Source: Candidatus Methylomirabilota bacterium (GTDB lineage Bacteria; Methylomirabilota; Methylomirabilia; Rokubacteriales; CSP1-6). Taken from it: a DNA stretch of 48,881 bases. This document shows positions 28,180 to 41,921 of the stretch, piece by piece. The translations under genes and the position numbers were made by a program. Position 1 is the stretch's first letter. Every line of letters begins with the position of its first letter. The notes beneath the pieces were generated by a model. It made no database searches. It was not told where the DNA came from and saw only the letters and a program-made list of their open reading frames with translations. Location: positions 1 to 48,881 of the forward strand of contig DATEMW010000343.1 of assembly GCA_035275385.1 (NCBI GenBank), read 5' to 3'.

Positions 28180-29835
28180 CTATCCGGCTGTGTAGCGATG
28201 CAGGTTCAGCGGGACGAACCACTCGTTGAAGTTGTAGTTGATACCGATCGGGGCCGGGACGATGCCCCGGACCCGCGACGAGACGACCGGGAGCCCATCC
28301 CGGAAGTACAGGAACACGATCGGCTGGTCCTCGGCGAGCACTTCCTGCAGCCGATCGTAGTACTTCTTGCGCTCGGCCTCGACGCACGTGCCCCGCCCCT
28401 TCTCGAGCAGGTCGTCCACTTCGGCATTCGCGTAGCCGATGCGGTTGAGCTCGTCAGGCGAGGTCTTCGACGAGTGCCAGATGTCGTACTGATCCGGGTC
28501 GGGCGTGATGCCCCAGGCCAGGATCACCGCCTCGAAGTTCCGCTTCTTGATGAAGTCCTTCAGCAGCGCCGCCCATTCGATCACGCGGATCTCGACCTGA
28601 ACGCCGAGGTCCTTGAACGAGGACTGGATGATCTCGGACACCTTCCGGCCCTCGTCGCTGCCCTGCGCGAGCAGCAGGTCGAACTTGAACCGCTGGCCGT
28701 TCTTGACGAGGAAGCCGTCGCTGTCGGTCGCGGTCCAGCCCGCGCTCGCCAGCAGCGCGCGCGCCTTGGCCGGATCGAACGGATACTGGTGCACGTTGGC
28801 GTTGTACTGCCAGGTGCCCGGCTTGTAGGGGCCGGTCGCTTCGCGGGCCAGGCCCAGGCGCACGCCCTCGATGATCTCGCGCTTGTTGATCGCGTAGGCG
28901 AAAGCCTGCCGCACGCGCCGATCGGCGAAGCGCGGGTCGCGCAGGTTCAAGCCGAGGTAGACGTAGACGTTCGCCGCGTACTGGTACTTCGTGTAGGCCT
29001 TGCGAAACGCCGGATACTCGGTCTGCCGCTTGAACTGCAGCGCGGTGAGCTTGGCGCCATCGACGCCCTTGGCCTTGAGCTCGAGGAACGTCGTCGCCGA
29101 GCTCGGAATGATGCGGTAGACGACCCGCGAGATGTACGGCCGCCCCTCGAAGTAGTTCGGGTTGGCGACGAGCACGACCTTCTCGCCCGACTTCCATTCC
29201 TTGAACAGATACGGACCGGTGCCGACGGGATTGGTGCGGTTCTGCGGCGCTTCGCGCAGCTTGCCCTCGCGCGCGGCCTCCTCCAGGAGGTGCTTGGGCA
29301 GCATCCAGATGCCCCAGCTCTGCAGCGCCTTCGCGGTGGGATGCTTGTAGCGGACGTGCACCGTGTAGGGATCGACCGCCTGCACCGAATCGACCGACTT
29401 GAAGTCACTGCCGTACGCCGTCGGCGTCCGCGGGCTGATCATGGTCTCGTACGTGAAGACCACGTCGGCGGCCGTGAACGGCTGCCCGTCGTGCCACCGA
29501 ACGTCGCGGCGAAGCTTGAACGTGAGGTCGAGGCAGTCGCGGCTGTATTGCCAGGACTCAGCCAGCTCGGGCTTGAGGATCAGGTCCTTGTCGTACTTCA
29601 CGAGACCGTTGTAGAGGAGCGAGGCCACCTCGAACGACGGCCCGTCGCTGAGCACGTTGGGGATCAGGCCCGAGATGTTGCCCTGCAGGGCCTCGACGTA
29701 GGTATCGCCGTACGCGGGCTTGCCCCCGCCCTGTCCCGCCCCCGCGTCGACCACGGTGTCCGCTTCGCTCCCGCACCCGGCCAGCACCACCAGGAGGAGC
29801 AAGCCGCCGAGGCGCAGCAGGTCGCCGCGATTCAT
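28180..29835 (-). CDS. ABC transporter substrate-binding lipoprotein, family 5 (peptide/nickel/opine type)
   Basis: Start at ATG 29835 (MNRGDLLRLGGLLLLVVLAGCGS, lipobox). LVKYDKDLILKPELAESW and the overall SBP_bac_5 layout are present. The start lies 4 nt after the secG stop. Confidence 0.85.
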   Translation of the reverse strand: MNRGDLLRLGGLLLLVVLAGCGSEADTVVDAGAGQGGGKPAYGDTYVEALQGNISGLIPNVLSDGPSFEVASLLYNGLVKYDKDLILKPELAESWQYSRDCLDLTFKLRRDVRWHDGQPFTAADVVFTYETMISPRTPTAYGSDFKSVDSVQAVDPYTVHVRYKHPTAKALQSWGIWMLPKHLLEEAAREGKLREAPQNRTNPVGTGPYLFKEWKSGEKVVLVANPNYFEGRPYISRVVYRIIPSSATTFLELKAKGVDGAKLTALQFKRQTEYPAFRKAYTKYQYAANVYVYLGLNLRDPRFADRRVRQAFAYAINKREIIEGVRLGLAREATGPYKPGTWQYNANVHQYPFDPAKARALLASAGWTATDSDGFLVKNGQRFKFDLLLAQGSDEGRKVSEIIQSSFKDLGVQVEIRVIEWAALLKDFIKKRNFEAVILAWGITPDPDQYDIWHSSKTSPDELNRIGYANAEVDDLLEKGRGTCVEAERKKYYDRLQEVLAEDQPIVFLYFRDGLPVVSSRVRGIVPAPIGINYNFNEWFVPLNLHRYTAG

Positions 29836-29839
29836 GCGG

Positions 29840-30199
29840 TCAGCGCGGAGCCGGTGTCGGCGCGGCCGGAGTCGAGGGCGCGCCTGCGGGCGGAGCGGGG
29901 ATCGCCGGCGCTGCCGGAGTCGCGGGGGCGTTGGCGGGCGCGGGCGCCTCACGGATCACCGAGCTGCCGCGATCGCCACCCAATATGGCCAGTGAGAACG
30001 AGGTGAGCGTGAAGACGATGGCGATCCCGGTCGTGATCTTTCCGAGCAGGGTCGGTGTGCCCATCGAGCCGAACACCGCCTGGCTGCCGGCGCCGCCGAA
30101 CGCGGACCCGATGTCGGCGCCCTTGCCCGACTGCAGGAGCACGATCCCGATGATTCCAAAGCAGGCCAGGACGTGAATGATCGTCAGGACGATGGTCAC
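29840..30199 (-). CDS. secG: Preprotein translocase subunit SecG with an Ala/Pro-rich C-terminal tail
   Basis: GTG start at 30199, with AAGGAG in the last codons of tpiA. IGIVLLQSGKGADIGSAFGGAGSQAVFG is the SecG core. Confidence 0.85.
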   Translation of the reverse strand: MTIVLTIIHVLACFGIIGIVLLQSGKGADIGSAFGGAGSQAVFGSMGTPTLLGKITTGIAIVFTLTSFSLAILGGDRGSSVIREAPAPANAPATPAAPAIPAPPAGAPSTPAAPTPAPR

Positions 30200-30201
30200 C
30201 G

Positions 30202-30984
30202 TTACTCCTTGGACGCGGTGCTGATGCGCGCCGCTTTTCGCACGATCCCAATGAATCCCTGAGCGTTCAGGCTCGCGCCCCCGACCAGCGCGCCGTCGAC
30301 CTCCGGCTCGGCCATGAGGGCCTCGGCGTTCTCGGCCTTCACGCTGCCGCCGTAGAGGATCCGAACCGACTGAGCGATTTCCTTGGAGGCGAGCTCGGAC
30401 ACGAGCCCGCGGAGATATCCGTGCACCTCGGCCGCCTGACCGGGTGTCGCGTTGACGCCGGTCCCGATCGCCCACACCGGCTCGTAGGCGAGCACGGTCT
30501 TCGCGATCTGGTCGCTCGAGAGCCCCGCGAGCCCCGCCCGCAGCTGGCCCTCGACCGTGGTGAAGGTGAGACCCTGGCGCCGCTCGTCGGTGGTCTCGCC
30601 CACGCACAGGACAGGCGTGACGTCGTGGGAGAGGATCGCGCGGATCTTGAGCTTGATCTGCTCGTCGGTCTCGCCCATCTCCTTGCGGCGCTCGGAGTGG
30701 CCGGCGAGGATCCAGCGGCAGCCGAGCTCGGTGAGCATCGGCACCGAGACCTCGCCCGTGTGCGCGCCGGTAGGCTCGTGATGACAGTTCTGGGCGCCCA
30801 GCTGAATCGGCGAGCCGGTAAGGATCTCCGAGACGGCGGGGAGCGCGGTGAACGCCGGACACACGGCGACCTGCACGCCGCGCGGCCGCTTGAGCCCCTC
30901 GCGGATCCCGGTCGCGAGCGTGCGCGCCTCGGCGACGGTGCCGTTCATCTTCCAGTTGCCGATGACCAGGGGTGTGCGCATCAC
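30202..30984 (-). CDS. tpiA: Triosephosphate isomerase
   Basis: LVIGNWKMNGT, ILAGHSERR, AYEPVWAIGTG and YGGSV motifs. Confidence 0.95.
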   Translation of the reverse strand: MMRTPLVIGNWKMNGTVAEARTLATGIREGLKRPRGVQVAVCPAFTALPAVSEILTGSPIQLGAQNCHHEPTGAHTGEVSVPMLTELGCRWILAGHSERRKEMGETDEQIKLKIRAILSHDVTPVLCVGETTDERRQGLTFTTVEGQLRAGLAGLSSDQIAKTVLAYEPVWAIGTGVNATPGQAAEVHGYLRGLVSELASKEIAQSVRILYGGSVKAENAEALMAEPEVDGALVGGASLNAQGFIGIVRKAARISTASKE

Positions 30985-32165
30985 GCGGCGTCCGTCAGGG
31001 CTTCGACACCGGGCAGCTTGCGACCCTCGAGGAACTCGAGGAATGCGCCGCCGGCCGTCGAGATGTAGTCGATCTTGTCCGCGACGCCGGCCTGGGCAAC
31101 CGCGGCGACGGTGTCGCCGCCGCCGATCACGGTGAAGGCCGGCGAGCCCGCGACGGCCTTCGCGAGCGCGAGCGTCCCCGCCGCGAACGGCTTCTTCTCG
31201 AACACGCCCATCGGGCCGTTCCAGACGATCGTGCGCGCGCCGCTGAGCGCCTCGGTGAACCGCGCCACCGTATTGGGCCCGATGTCGAGCCCCATCTGGC
31301 CGGCCGGAATCTCGCGGACTCCAACCGCGCGGCCCTGCGCGCTGTCGAGACCGTCGGCGACCACCGCGTCGACCGGCAAGACCAGCGCGACGCCGCGACG
31401 CCGCGCGGCGTCGAGCGTCCGGCGCGCCGTCTCGAGCTGATCGGGCTCGACGAGCGAGCGGCCCACCGCGTGCCCGAGCGCGCGCAGGAACGTGAAGGCC
31501 ATGCCGCCGCCGATCAGCAGCGCGTCCACGCGGCCCAGGAGATGCTCGACGAGCGTGAGCTTGTCGGAGACCTTCGCGCCGCCGAGGATCGCGACCAGCG
31601 GCTTGTCCGGCGCTTCGAGGATGCGGCCGAGTGCTGAGAGCTCTTGCTGCATCAGGAGCCCGGCGGCCGCGGGCTGCAGGTACTTGGTGATCGCGGCGAT
31701 CGACGCGTGAGCGCGATGCGCGGCCGCGAACGCGTCGTTCACGTAGCAGTCGGCCAGCGCCGCGAGCGCCTGCGCGAACCCGTCGTCGTTGGCCTCTTCC
31801 TCGGCGTGGAAGCGAAGGTTCTCGAGCAGGAGAACCTGGCCGGCCGTCAACGCGCGCGCTCGCGCACTCGTTGCCTCGCCGACGCAGTCCGGCGCCAGCT
31901 CGACGCGCTGATCGAGCAGCGATTGCAGATGCTCACCGATCGGACGCAGGGAGAATTCCGGCGTGGGCTTGCCCTTGGGCCGGCCGAGATGCGAGGCCAG
32001 CACGACCGACGCGCCGGCCTTGACCGCGTGCTGGATCGTCGGCACCACCGCCCGCAGGCGCGTGTCGTCGGTCACGGTGCCGTGGTCGAGCGGCGCGTTG
32101 AGATCGGCGCGGAGAAAGACCCGCCGCCCCGCGAGATCCAGTTGCGCGATCGTCAGCTTCGACAA
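30981..32165 (-). CDS. pgk: Phosphoglycerate kinase
   Basis: TTG start abuts the gap stop. RADLNAPL, SHLGRPKG, ILGGAKVSDK and WNGPMGVFE motifs. Confidence 0.95.
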   Translation of the reverse strand: MSKLTIAQLDLAGRRVFLRADLNAPLDHGTVTDDTRLRAVVPTIQHAVKAGASVVLASHLGRPKGKPTPEFSLRPIGEHLQSLLDQRVELAPDCVGEATSARARALTAGQVLLLENLRFHAEEEANDDGFAQALAALADCYVNDAFAAAHRAHASIAAITKYLQPAAAGLLMQQELSALGRILEAPDKPLVAILGGAKVSDKLTLVEHLLGRVDALLIGGGMAFTFLRALGHAVGRSLVEPDQLETARRTLDAARRRGVALVLPVDAVVADGLDSAQGRAVGVREIPAGQMGLDIGPNTVARFTEALSGARTIVWNGPMGVFEKKPFAAGTLALAKAVAGSPAFTVIGGGDTVAAVAQAGVADKIDYISTAGGAFLEFLEGRKLPGVEALTDAA

Positions 32166-33215
<1,050 letters not shown>

Positions 33216-33244
<29 letters not shown>

Positions 33245-33968
33245 CTGTTAGGACCCCGACACGGAGCACCCCGGCGTCGCGCAGCGCCCGCGCGCAGGCG
33301 TCCACGGTGGCGCCCGTCGTGAGGATGTCGTCGACCACCAGGACGTGGCGGCCGGCGACGCGGCGGGAGGCCCAGAAGGCTCCGCGAACATTGGCGCGGC
33401 GCTCGCCGGCCGACAGCTCGCTCTGCGGTCGGGTCGGCCGGATGCGCGCGAGCCACCGCGGCCGCGTCGGCACCGCGAGCCGCCGGCCGATTCGGCGGGC
33501 CAGCAAGGCCGCCTGGTTGAAGCCGCGCTCCCGCTCGCGCTCAGGCGCCAGCGGCACCGGGATCAGCGCGTCGATGCCGGCGGGCAGCGACGCCAGGCAT
33601 TGCTCGGCGGCGAGCTCGCCGAGCGGCGCGGCCAGCGCCCTCCGGCCGGAAAACTTCAATGCGTGCAGGGCTTCGCGGAGCTGGCCTTCGTAGACCGCCG
33701 CCGACCGCGCGTAGTCGTACGACGGCGGCGCCGCCTCACATGCCGCGCACGAGCGGCCGCGCGCGAATCGCCGCGAATCGGCGAACGCGGGAGACAGCGC
33801 GGGCGCGGCGCCGCACGTGTCGCACCACGGGACGCCGAGACGAGTGATCGCGCTCCAGCACGTTCCGCACAGCGGATCGCGCCGGCCGGCGCCGAGGATC
33901 GCGTGGCAGACCGGGCACAGCGCGGGAAAGACCAGGTCGAGCGCGGCCAGGGTGATACTCGCGAGCAC
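33216..33968 (-). CDS. ComF-family protein (phosphoribosyltransferase domain with N-terminal Cys-rich zinc ribbon)
   Basis: CPVC...CGTC...C..C Cys pairs. ERERGFNQAALLAR. VLVVDDILTTGAT is the PRTase motif. The GTG at 33968 was chosen because upstream candidates overlap the preceding gene, so the start is uncertain. Confidence 0.75.
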
Positions 33969-33979
33969 GAATGTCGAGG

Positions 33980-34927
33980 CTAGGCGCCGACGGGGCGCAG
34001 CGTGTTCCAGCGACGACACTGATTGCAGCGGTCCTGCCACATCGGCGCCGACGCGCCGCACGCCTCGCAGCGATACGGCCAGTCGAACGCGTGGCCGAGC
34101 TGCAAGGCGCGGCGATACTCCTCGAACGCCTCGCGCGTCTCGCCGCGCCGCTCGAAGACGGCGCCGAGCAGCGCGTGCACCACGGCCGAGCCGGGCGCGC
34201 GCACCTCGACCTTTTCGAGCTGATCGGCGGCTTCGTCCAGCATCTCGAGCTCGAGAAAGACGCGCCCGAGCGCAACGGCCAGCGCGAGGTCGTCGGGAGC
34301 CCGGTCGATCGCCGAGCGATAGAGCGCGATCATGCGGCTCGGCCGGCCCTCCTGATGGTACGCGCGCTCGAGCCGGGCGAGCAGCGGGAGCGCCGGCAGC
34401 GACTCGGCGGCGCGCTCCCAGGTACGGATCGCCTCACGGTGATCGCCGGTCAGCTCGTATGCGTCACCGAGGGCCAGAGCGGCCGGCAGGAACAGGCGGT
34501 CGGCCCGCGCCGCGCTCTTGAAGTGGGCGACCGCCGCCGGGGGGTTGGCGCGCGAGAGCTCGGCGCGGCCGAGCTCGTAGTAGATCGCGGCCAGCCACTC
34601 GGTCTCGGGCGAGCGCTCGGTGGAGCCGACGGCGCCGAGGATGCGCTGCTGGGCGTCGAGGGCTTCGCGCCAGCGCCCGCCCTCGGCCGCCAGCTCGCGG
34701 AGGCCGCGGAGCGCGGCGAGGTGGTCGCGACGGTTCTGGAGGATCTGCCGGAAGATGGTGGCGGCCTCGTCGCCGCGGCCCAGTCGCCGCGCTTCGTGGG
34801 CGCGGCGCAGGAGCTCGGCCGTCGGCGAGTCGTCGGCGTCGGCCGGCCGCCGGCCGCCGCCCTTGAACAGGTCCTTGAGCGAGAGGCCGAGCGAGAGCAG
34901 CGAGCGAACCGACTCGGACAATGTCAC
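33980..34927 (-). CDS. TPR protein with C-terminal rubredoxin-type zinc ribbon (LapB/YciM-like, no obvious N-terminal TM helix)
   Basis: Multiple TPR-like repeats are present. The C-terminus is YRCEACGASAPMWQDRCNQCRRWNT (CxxC...CxxC), as in LapB. GTG start. Confidence 0.65.
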   Translation of the reverse strand: MTLSESVRSLLSLGLSLKDLFKGGGRRPADADDSPTAELLRRAHEARRLGRGDEAATIFRQILQNRRDHLAALRGLRELAAEGGRWREALDAQQRILGAVGSTERSPETEWLAAIYYELGRAELSRANPPAAVAHFKSAARADRLFLPAALALGDAYELTGDHREAIRTWERAAESLPALPLLARLERAYHQEGRPSRMIALYRSAIDRAPDDLALAVALGRVFLELEMLDEAADQLEKVEVRAPGSAVVHALLGAVFERRGETREAFEEYRRALQLGHAFDWPYRCEACGASAPMWQDRCNQCRRWNTLRPVGA

Positions 34928-34982
34928 GGGCGCGGCGATTCCTCGTGGCGCACGAGTGAAAGCGCGGCGGCGCGGCCCACGA

Positions 34983-35348
34983 CTAGCCCGTGGCCATCCG
35001 CTCCTCTTCTTCGATCACCCGCTGGCAGTCGATGCAGTGGCGCGCGAACGGCAGCGCCTCGAGCCGTTTTTCGGAAATCGGCTCGCTGCAGCGCTCGCAG
35101 TTTCCAAATGCGCCGTCGTCGAGCTTCTGGAGCGCGGAGACCACGTCGCGAAGCAGCCGGCGATCGCCGTTGCCCAGCTCGAAGAAGAACTCTCGCGTGT
35201 AGGCAGTGTTGGCCTGGTCGCCCAGGTCCTTGATCGAGTCGTCCTCGGCGTCTTTGCCGTACAAAGCGGTCCGGCCGACCTCTTCGGTCAGCTGGCGCTG
35301 TTTTTCGACGAGTTGTTTTTTGAAGTATGCAAGCCGGTCTTTGCGCAT
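34983..35348 (-). CDS. DksA/TraR-family C4 zinc-finger protein
   Basis: Start at ATG 35348 with GGAAGGAGG RBS. CERCSEPISEKRLEALPFARHCIDC is the DksA C4 finger, preceded by a coiled-coil region. Confidence 0.85.
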   Translation of the reverse strand: MRKDRLAYFKKQLVEKQRQLTEEVGRTALYGKDAEDDSIKDLGDQANTAYTREFFFELGNGDRRLLRDVVSALQKLDDGAFGNCERCSEPISEKRLEALPFARHCIDCQRVIEEEERMATG

Positions 35349-35451
35349 CTGGGCCTCCTTCCGTACCAAGAGGGCGCGCACTCAAGAAACCAACGCTAGC
35401 ACGCACCCCGGGAGCGCGCAACACCAACCACGCCCTCGGCACGCATAACCG

Positions 35452-35808
35452 TCACGAATCGTCGAGCGTCAGGACCGGCGCGTCGCCCCAGAGGCGCTCG
35501 AGCGCGTAGTAGCTGCGCGTCTCTTCCAGAAATACGTGCACCAGCAGGTCGCCGTAGTCGAGGAGCACCCAGCCGCTCTCGGCCACGCCCTCGGCGTGGA
35601 GCACGTTCACGCCTTCGCTGCGCAGCTCGACGCGGATCGCCTCCGCGATCGTCTCCAGCTGCGTCGTCGACTTGCCGCTGCAGATGAGGAAGAAGTCCGT
35701 CACGCCCGACACGCGCTGCACGTCGAGCACGACGAGATCGCCGGCGCGCTTGTCGAGCGCGGCGCGCGCCGCGCGGCGCGCTTTCCACTCGGCCGTCGGC
35801 GCCGTCAC
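35452..35808 (-). CDS. rsfS: Ribosome silencing factor RsfS (iojap)
   Basis: DFFLICSGKSTTQL and WVLLDYGDLLVHVF motifs. GTG start overlaps the nadD stop (GTGA). Confidence 0.9.
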   Translation of the reverse strand: MTAPTAEWKARRAARAALDKRAGDLVVLDVQRVSGVTDFFLICSGKSTTQLETIAEAIRVELRSEGVNVLHAEGVAESGWVLLDYGDLLVHVFLEETRSYYALERLWGDAPVLTLDDS

Positions 35809-36413
35809 GGCCCGTCAGCGCGGTAGAGGCGCCCGGCGCGGATGTACGCGCCGACCGCCTCGGGGAGCCGGTACGCGATGGATCGCCCCTCGCGCACGCG
35901 GCGGCGCAGGTCCGACGCCGAGATCGGCAGCGAGTCGGCGCGGACGATCACGGGCTCGCGCCCGATCTCGTGCACGACCTTGCGCACCGCCGCGCTCTCC
36001 GGATCGAAGGCGCTGCCGACCCGCGGCACGACCGCCAGCTGCGCCAGCTCGGCGACCCGCCGCGGCGACCGCCAGCTCAACAGGTCGAGGAACGTCTCGG
36101 AGCCGATGATCAGGAACAGCTCCTCGCGAGGGATCCGTAGGGCCTCGAGCGTATCCACGGTGTACGAGGGCCCGGAGCGGCGGCATTCCACGTCGGAGAC
36201 GAGGAACTTGGGGTGACCGGCCACCGCGAGCTCGACCATCGCATAGCGGTCGGCCGCCGGCGCCAGGTCGGCGTTTGGCTTGTGGGGCGGGCGCGCGGCG
36301 GGCACGAACAGCACGCGGTCGAGCTCGAGCCGCTCGGCCACGTCGTCGGCAAGCAGCAGATGGCCATAGTGGATCGGATTGAACGAGCCGCCGAGGACGG
36401 CCGTGCGCGCCAA
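35805..36413 (-). CDS. nadD: Nicotinate-nucleotide adenylyltransferase
   Basis: A TTG start at 36413 gives (M)ARTAVLGGSFNPIHYGHL, the (H/T)xGH motif. SASDLRRR is the ISSTxxR-like motif. The start codon is inferred. Confidence 0.85.
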   Translation of the reverse strand: MARTAVLGGSFNPIHYGHLLLADDVAERLELDRVLFVPAARPPHKPNADLAPAADRYAMVELAVAGHPKFLVSDVECRRSGPSYTVDTLEALRIPREELFLIIGSETFLDLLSWRSPRRVAELAQLAVVPRVGSAFDPESAAVRKVVHEIGREPVIVRADSLPISASDLRRRVREGRSIAYRLPEAVGAYIRAGRLYRADGP

Positions 36414-36448
36414 GCCTAGCGCCGCGTCGACACGATCGGGAGCCGCAC

Positions 36449-37708
36449 TTAGTCCCGCACCTGCCCGTCGCCCTGCACGACGAACTTCGTCGTCGTGAGC
36501 TCGCGCACCCCGACCGGCCCGCGCGCGTGCACGCGTGAGGTGGAGATTCCCATCTCGGCGCCCATGCCGAACTGGCCGCCGTCGACCAGCCGGGTCGAGG
36601 CGTTGACGAGCACCGCGGCCGCGTCCACCTCGCGGGTGAAGCGGCGCGCGTGGCCCAGATCGTTGGTGACGATCGCCTCGGCCAGGCCGGTGCCGTGGCG
36701 CGCGATGTGCTCGATCGCCGCGTCGAGATCGTCGACCACGCGGATCGCGAGCACGAGATCGAGATACTCCGCGTCCCAGTCCGCGTCGGTCGCGGGCGTG
36801 ATCCCGGGCACGAGCGCCAAGGTTTGCGGGCACCCGCGCAGCGCGACGCCGGCCTCGGTCAGGCGAGCGGCCAGGGTCGGCAGCAGGCGCGCGGCGCCGT
36901 CGCGATGGATCAGGAGCGTCTCGAGCGCGTTGCACACGCTCGGCCGCTGCACCTTCGCGTTGACGGCGATCGCGGCGGCCGTCGCGAGATCGGCATCGGC
37001 GTCGACGAACAGGTGGACGACGCCCTTGTCGTGCTTCAGCACCGGCACGCGCGAGGTGCGGCTCACCCACCGCACGAGCTCCTCGCCCCCGCGCGGGATG
37101 ATCAGGTCGACGAGCTCGTCGAGCTCGAGCAGCGCGGACACCGCCGCCCGATCGGTCGTGTCGACGAACTGCACGGCGTCGGCGGGCGCCCCCACCTTCT
37201 CGAGCGCCTTGGACAGGACCGTGGCGATCGCGATGTTCGACTCGATCGCCTCGCTGCCGCCGCGCAGCACGACCGCGTTGCCCGACTTGACGCACAGGCC
37301 GGCGGCATCGGCGGTGACGTTCGGTCGCGATTCGTAGATGAACCCGATCACCCCGAGCGGCACGCGAACCCGCGAGATCTCGATCCCGTTGGGACGGCGC
37401 CACGACTCGACGACCGCGCCGACCGGATCGGGCAAGGTGGCGATCTCACGCAGCCCCTGGGCCATCTCCTCGATGCGGGACTCGGTGAGCGTCAGCCGAT
37501 CGAGGAAGGCCTTGGCCACGCGGCCCCGCGCGCGCTCGACGTCGGCGCGGTTGGCCTCGAGCAGCGCCGCGCTCTTCTCGACGAGACCACGCGCCATCTG
37601 CTGGAGGGCTTCGTTCTTGATCCTGGTCGGGCACAGCGCCATCGCGCGCGCCGCCGCCCGCGCCGCCCGTGCGCGTGTCTCGATGAGAGCCTTCGGATCC
37701 ATCGTCAT
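36449..37708 (-). CDS. proA: Gamma-glutamyl phosphate reductase
   Basis: Start at ATG 37708 (MTMDPKALIE...). FIYESRPNVTADAAGLCVKSGNAVVLRGG and VCNALETLLIH (catalytic Cys) are present. Confidence 0.93.
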   Translation of the reverse strand: MTMDPKALIETRARAARAAARAMALCPTRIKNEALQQMARGLVEKSAALLEANRADVERARGRVAKAFLDRLTLTESRIEEMAQGLREIATLPDPVGAVVESWRRPNGIEISRVRVPLGVIGFIYESRPNVTADAAGLCVKSGNAVVLRGGSEAIESNIAIATVLSKALEKVGAPADAVQFVDTTDRAAVSALLELDELVDLIIPRGGEELVRWVSRTSRVPVLKHDKGVVHLFVDADADLATAAAIAVNAKVQRPSVCNALETLLIHRDGAARLLPTLAARLTEAGVALRGCPQTLALVPGITPATDADWDAEYLDLVLAIRVVDDLDAAIEHIARHGTGLAEAIVTNDLGHARRFTREVDAAAVLVNASTRLVDGGQFGMGAEMGISTSRVHARGPVGVRELTTTKFVVQGDGQVRD

Positions 37709-37785
37709 CCTGTTATGGGTGCGCCTCGGCCGGAGGGGCCCCGGCCCCGCGACGGCCTCTCGCGCACACCGCCAAGTGTACAGGC

Positions 37786-40271
<2,486 letters not shown>

Positions 40272-40583
40272 CTAGACCTCGATCTTCGTGATCCGGACCG
40301 ACGTGGCCGCCTGTCGGTGGCCGCGGTTCCGGCGATAGTTCTTCCGGCGCTTGAACTTCACGACCCTCACCTTCTTGTTACGCCGCTGGGCCACGACCTC
40401 GCCCGAGACCTTCGCGCGGCTGAGCGCCTTCTCGCCCGAGATGACCTGGCCGTCGCGGTTGACGAGCAGGACCGACTTGAACTCGACGGCCGCGCCCTTC
40501 TCACCCGGCAGCTTCTCGACCGAGATGATCTGCCCGGTCGTCACGCAGTACTGCTTGCCTCCGGTCGCGATCACGGCTTCCAT
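40272..40583 (-). CDS. rplU: 50S ribosomal protein L21
   Basis: Start at ATG 40583 ([14 protein letters not shown]...). [16 protein letters not shown] is present. Confidence 0.95.
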   Translation of the reverse strand: MEAVIATGGKQYCVTTGQIISVEKLPGEKGAAVEFKSVLLVNRDGQVISGEKALSRAKVSGEVVAQRRNKKVRVVKFKRRKNYRRNRGHRQAATSVRITKIEV

Positions 40584-40624
40584 GGCGTCAGACCTTTCTC
40601 TTCCGCTGACTTCGACGAGCGTCC

Positions 40625-40654
40625 ATGAAACCACACGGCGACGCCCGAGGTCAA
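40625..40654 (-). promoter_or_regulatory. Possible extended -10 promoter of the rplU operon
   Basis: The minus strand reads TTGACC (40654-40649), an 18-nt spacer ending in TGG, then TTTCAT (40630-40625). The -10 is weak. Motif-based only. Confidence 0.25.
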
Positions 40655-40682
40655 CCAGCGGTCGCCGGTTCGCCCACGGGCC

Positions 40683-41291
40683 TCAGGCCGTCTTCATGTA
40701 CTCGGCGAGGCGCTTGCGGACGAACAGGCGCGAGCGGTGGACCCGCGACTTCACGGCCGGCAGGCTGATGCCCAGGGTCTCGGCGATGTCCGGGTTCGAG
40801 AGGCCCTCGACGTCGTGGAGGACGAGCGCCGTGCGATAGTCCGGCGGGAGCCCGTCGATCGCGTCACCGAGCACGCGGCGAAGCTCCCCCTGAAGCGCCT
40901 GCTCGTCGACACGCTCCGACCAGTCGGCCATCGGCTCGAAGTGGCGGCCGTCGTCGTCGAACGTCGGCAGCACGTCGTCCATCGCGATCTCGTGGGCCTT
41001 CGACTTCCGCGCCCGCAGCTTCTGATAGGCCGCGTTCGCGGCGATCCGGTAGAGCCAGCTGCCGAACGCCGACTCGCCCTTGAACGTGGAGATCTTGCGG
41101 GCGGCCGTCCAGAGTGCGTCCTGCGCCGCCTCTTCCGCGTCCTCGTTCGACCCGGTGATGCGCAGGGCGAGCCGGTAGACGCGGTCGCCGTACGTCTCGA
41201 CCAGATGCTCCGGCGCTTCCGGGTCCTCGCGTCGCAGCGCCTCGACCAGCGCCGCGTCGCCGTCCCGTTTGGTCGTGTCCATGACCGTCAT
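40683..41291 (-). CDS. ECF-type RNA polymerase sigma-70 family factor
   Basis: Start at ATG 41291 (ATGA overlap with the tetR stop). Region 2 is VYRLALRITGSNEDAEEAAQDALWTA...FGSWLYRIAANAA. Region 4 is DYRTALVLHDVEGLSNPDIAETLGISLPAVKSRVHRSR. Confidence 0.88.
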   Translation of the reverse strand: MTVMDTTKRDGDAALVEALRREDPEAPEHLVETYGDRVYRLALRITGSNEDAEEAAQDALWTAARKISTFKGESAFGSWLYRIAANAAYQKLRARKSKAHEIAMDDVLPTFDDDGRHFEPMADWSERVDEQALQGELRRVLGDAIDGLPPDYRTALVLHDVEGLSNPDIAETLGISLPAVKSRVHRSRLFVRKRLAEYMKTA

Positions 41292-41920
41292 ATCCTCGGC
41301 TCGAACAGTGACAGATATCGTTTGGTCTCCGCCACGCACTGTTCCATGACGGCGATGTCTTTCGTCAGCTTCGTCAGCAGCATCGCGCCCTCGAGCGAGG
41401 CCACCAGGAAGTCGGCCACCGCTTCGGGGCGGCACGCGGCGTCGACGGTGCCCTGGCTCTGCGCGGCGCGCAGCACGTCGGTCAGCCGCTCACGCCAGGT
41501 TGCGAACACGGAGGCCAGGCGGCCGCGGAATCCTTCGTGGACGTCGGACAGCTCCGCCGCGAGGTTGCCGAGCGGGCAGCCGCCGACGCCGTTGCGCGCG
41601 CGCTGCGCCTCCAGAAGCCGATCGAGGAAGCAACGAATCTGCGCGAGCGCGTGCCCGTCGGGATCCGAAAAGCACGGCTCGAGCGTGCGCTCGAGGAACG
41701 AGCCGATGATCTGATCGAGAATGGCGTAACCGAGGTCTTCCTTACTCTTGAAGTAGTAGTAGAAGTTGCCCTTGCCGACGCCACTCTCACGCAGCACGTC
41801 GTCGAGCGAGGTGTGGTTGTAGCCGTGCACGTGCATCAGCCGGCTCGCGGCCGCCAGGATCGACTCGCGCGTCGAGCGGCCTTCCCGAACCTTCACGCTC
41901 TCTGTTGTCTTCGTCGTCAT
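41288..41920 (-). CDS. TetR/AcrR-family transcriptional regulator
   Basis: Start at ATG 41920. The N-terminal HTH is RESILAAASRLMHVHGYNHTSLDDVLRESGVGKGNFYYYFKSKEDL. Confidence 0.9.
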   Translation of the reverse strand: MTTKTTESVKVREGRSTRESILAAASRLMHVHGYNHTSLDDVLRESGVGKGNFYYYFKSKEDLGYAILDQIIGSFLERTLEPCFSDPDGHALAQIRCFLDRLLEAQRARNGVGGCPLGNLAAELSDVHEGFRGRLASVFATWRERLTDVLRAAQSQGTVDAACRPEAVADFLVASLEGAMLLTKLTKDIAVMEQCVAETKRYLSLFEPRI

Positions 41921-41921
41921 G

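Noticed and set aside
37709-37785. A GC-rich hairpin-capable segment (GGCCGG-N7-CCGGCC and its surroundings) in the proB-proA spacer, considered as a terminator or attenuator.
   Set aside because: No U-tract follows it and proB-proA are normally co-transcribed. Structures like this are expected by chance in GC-rich spacers.
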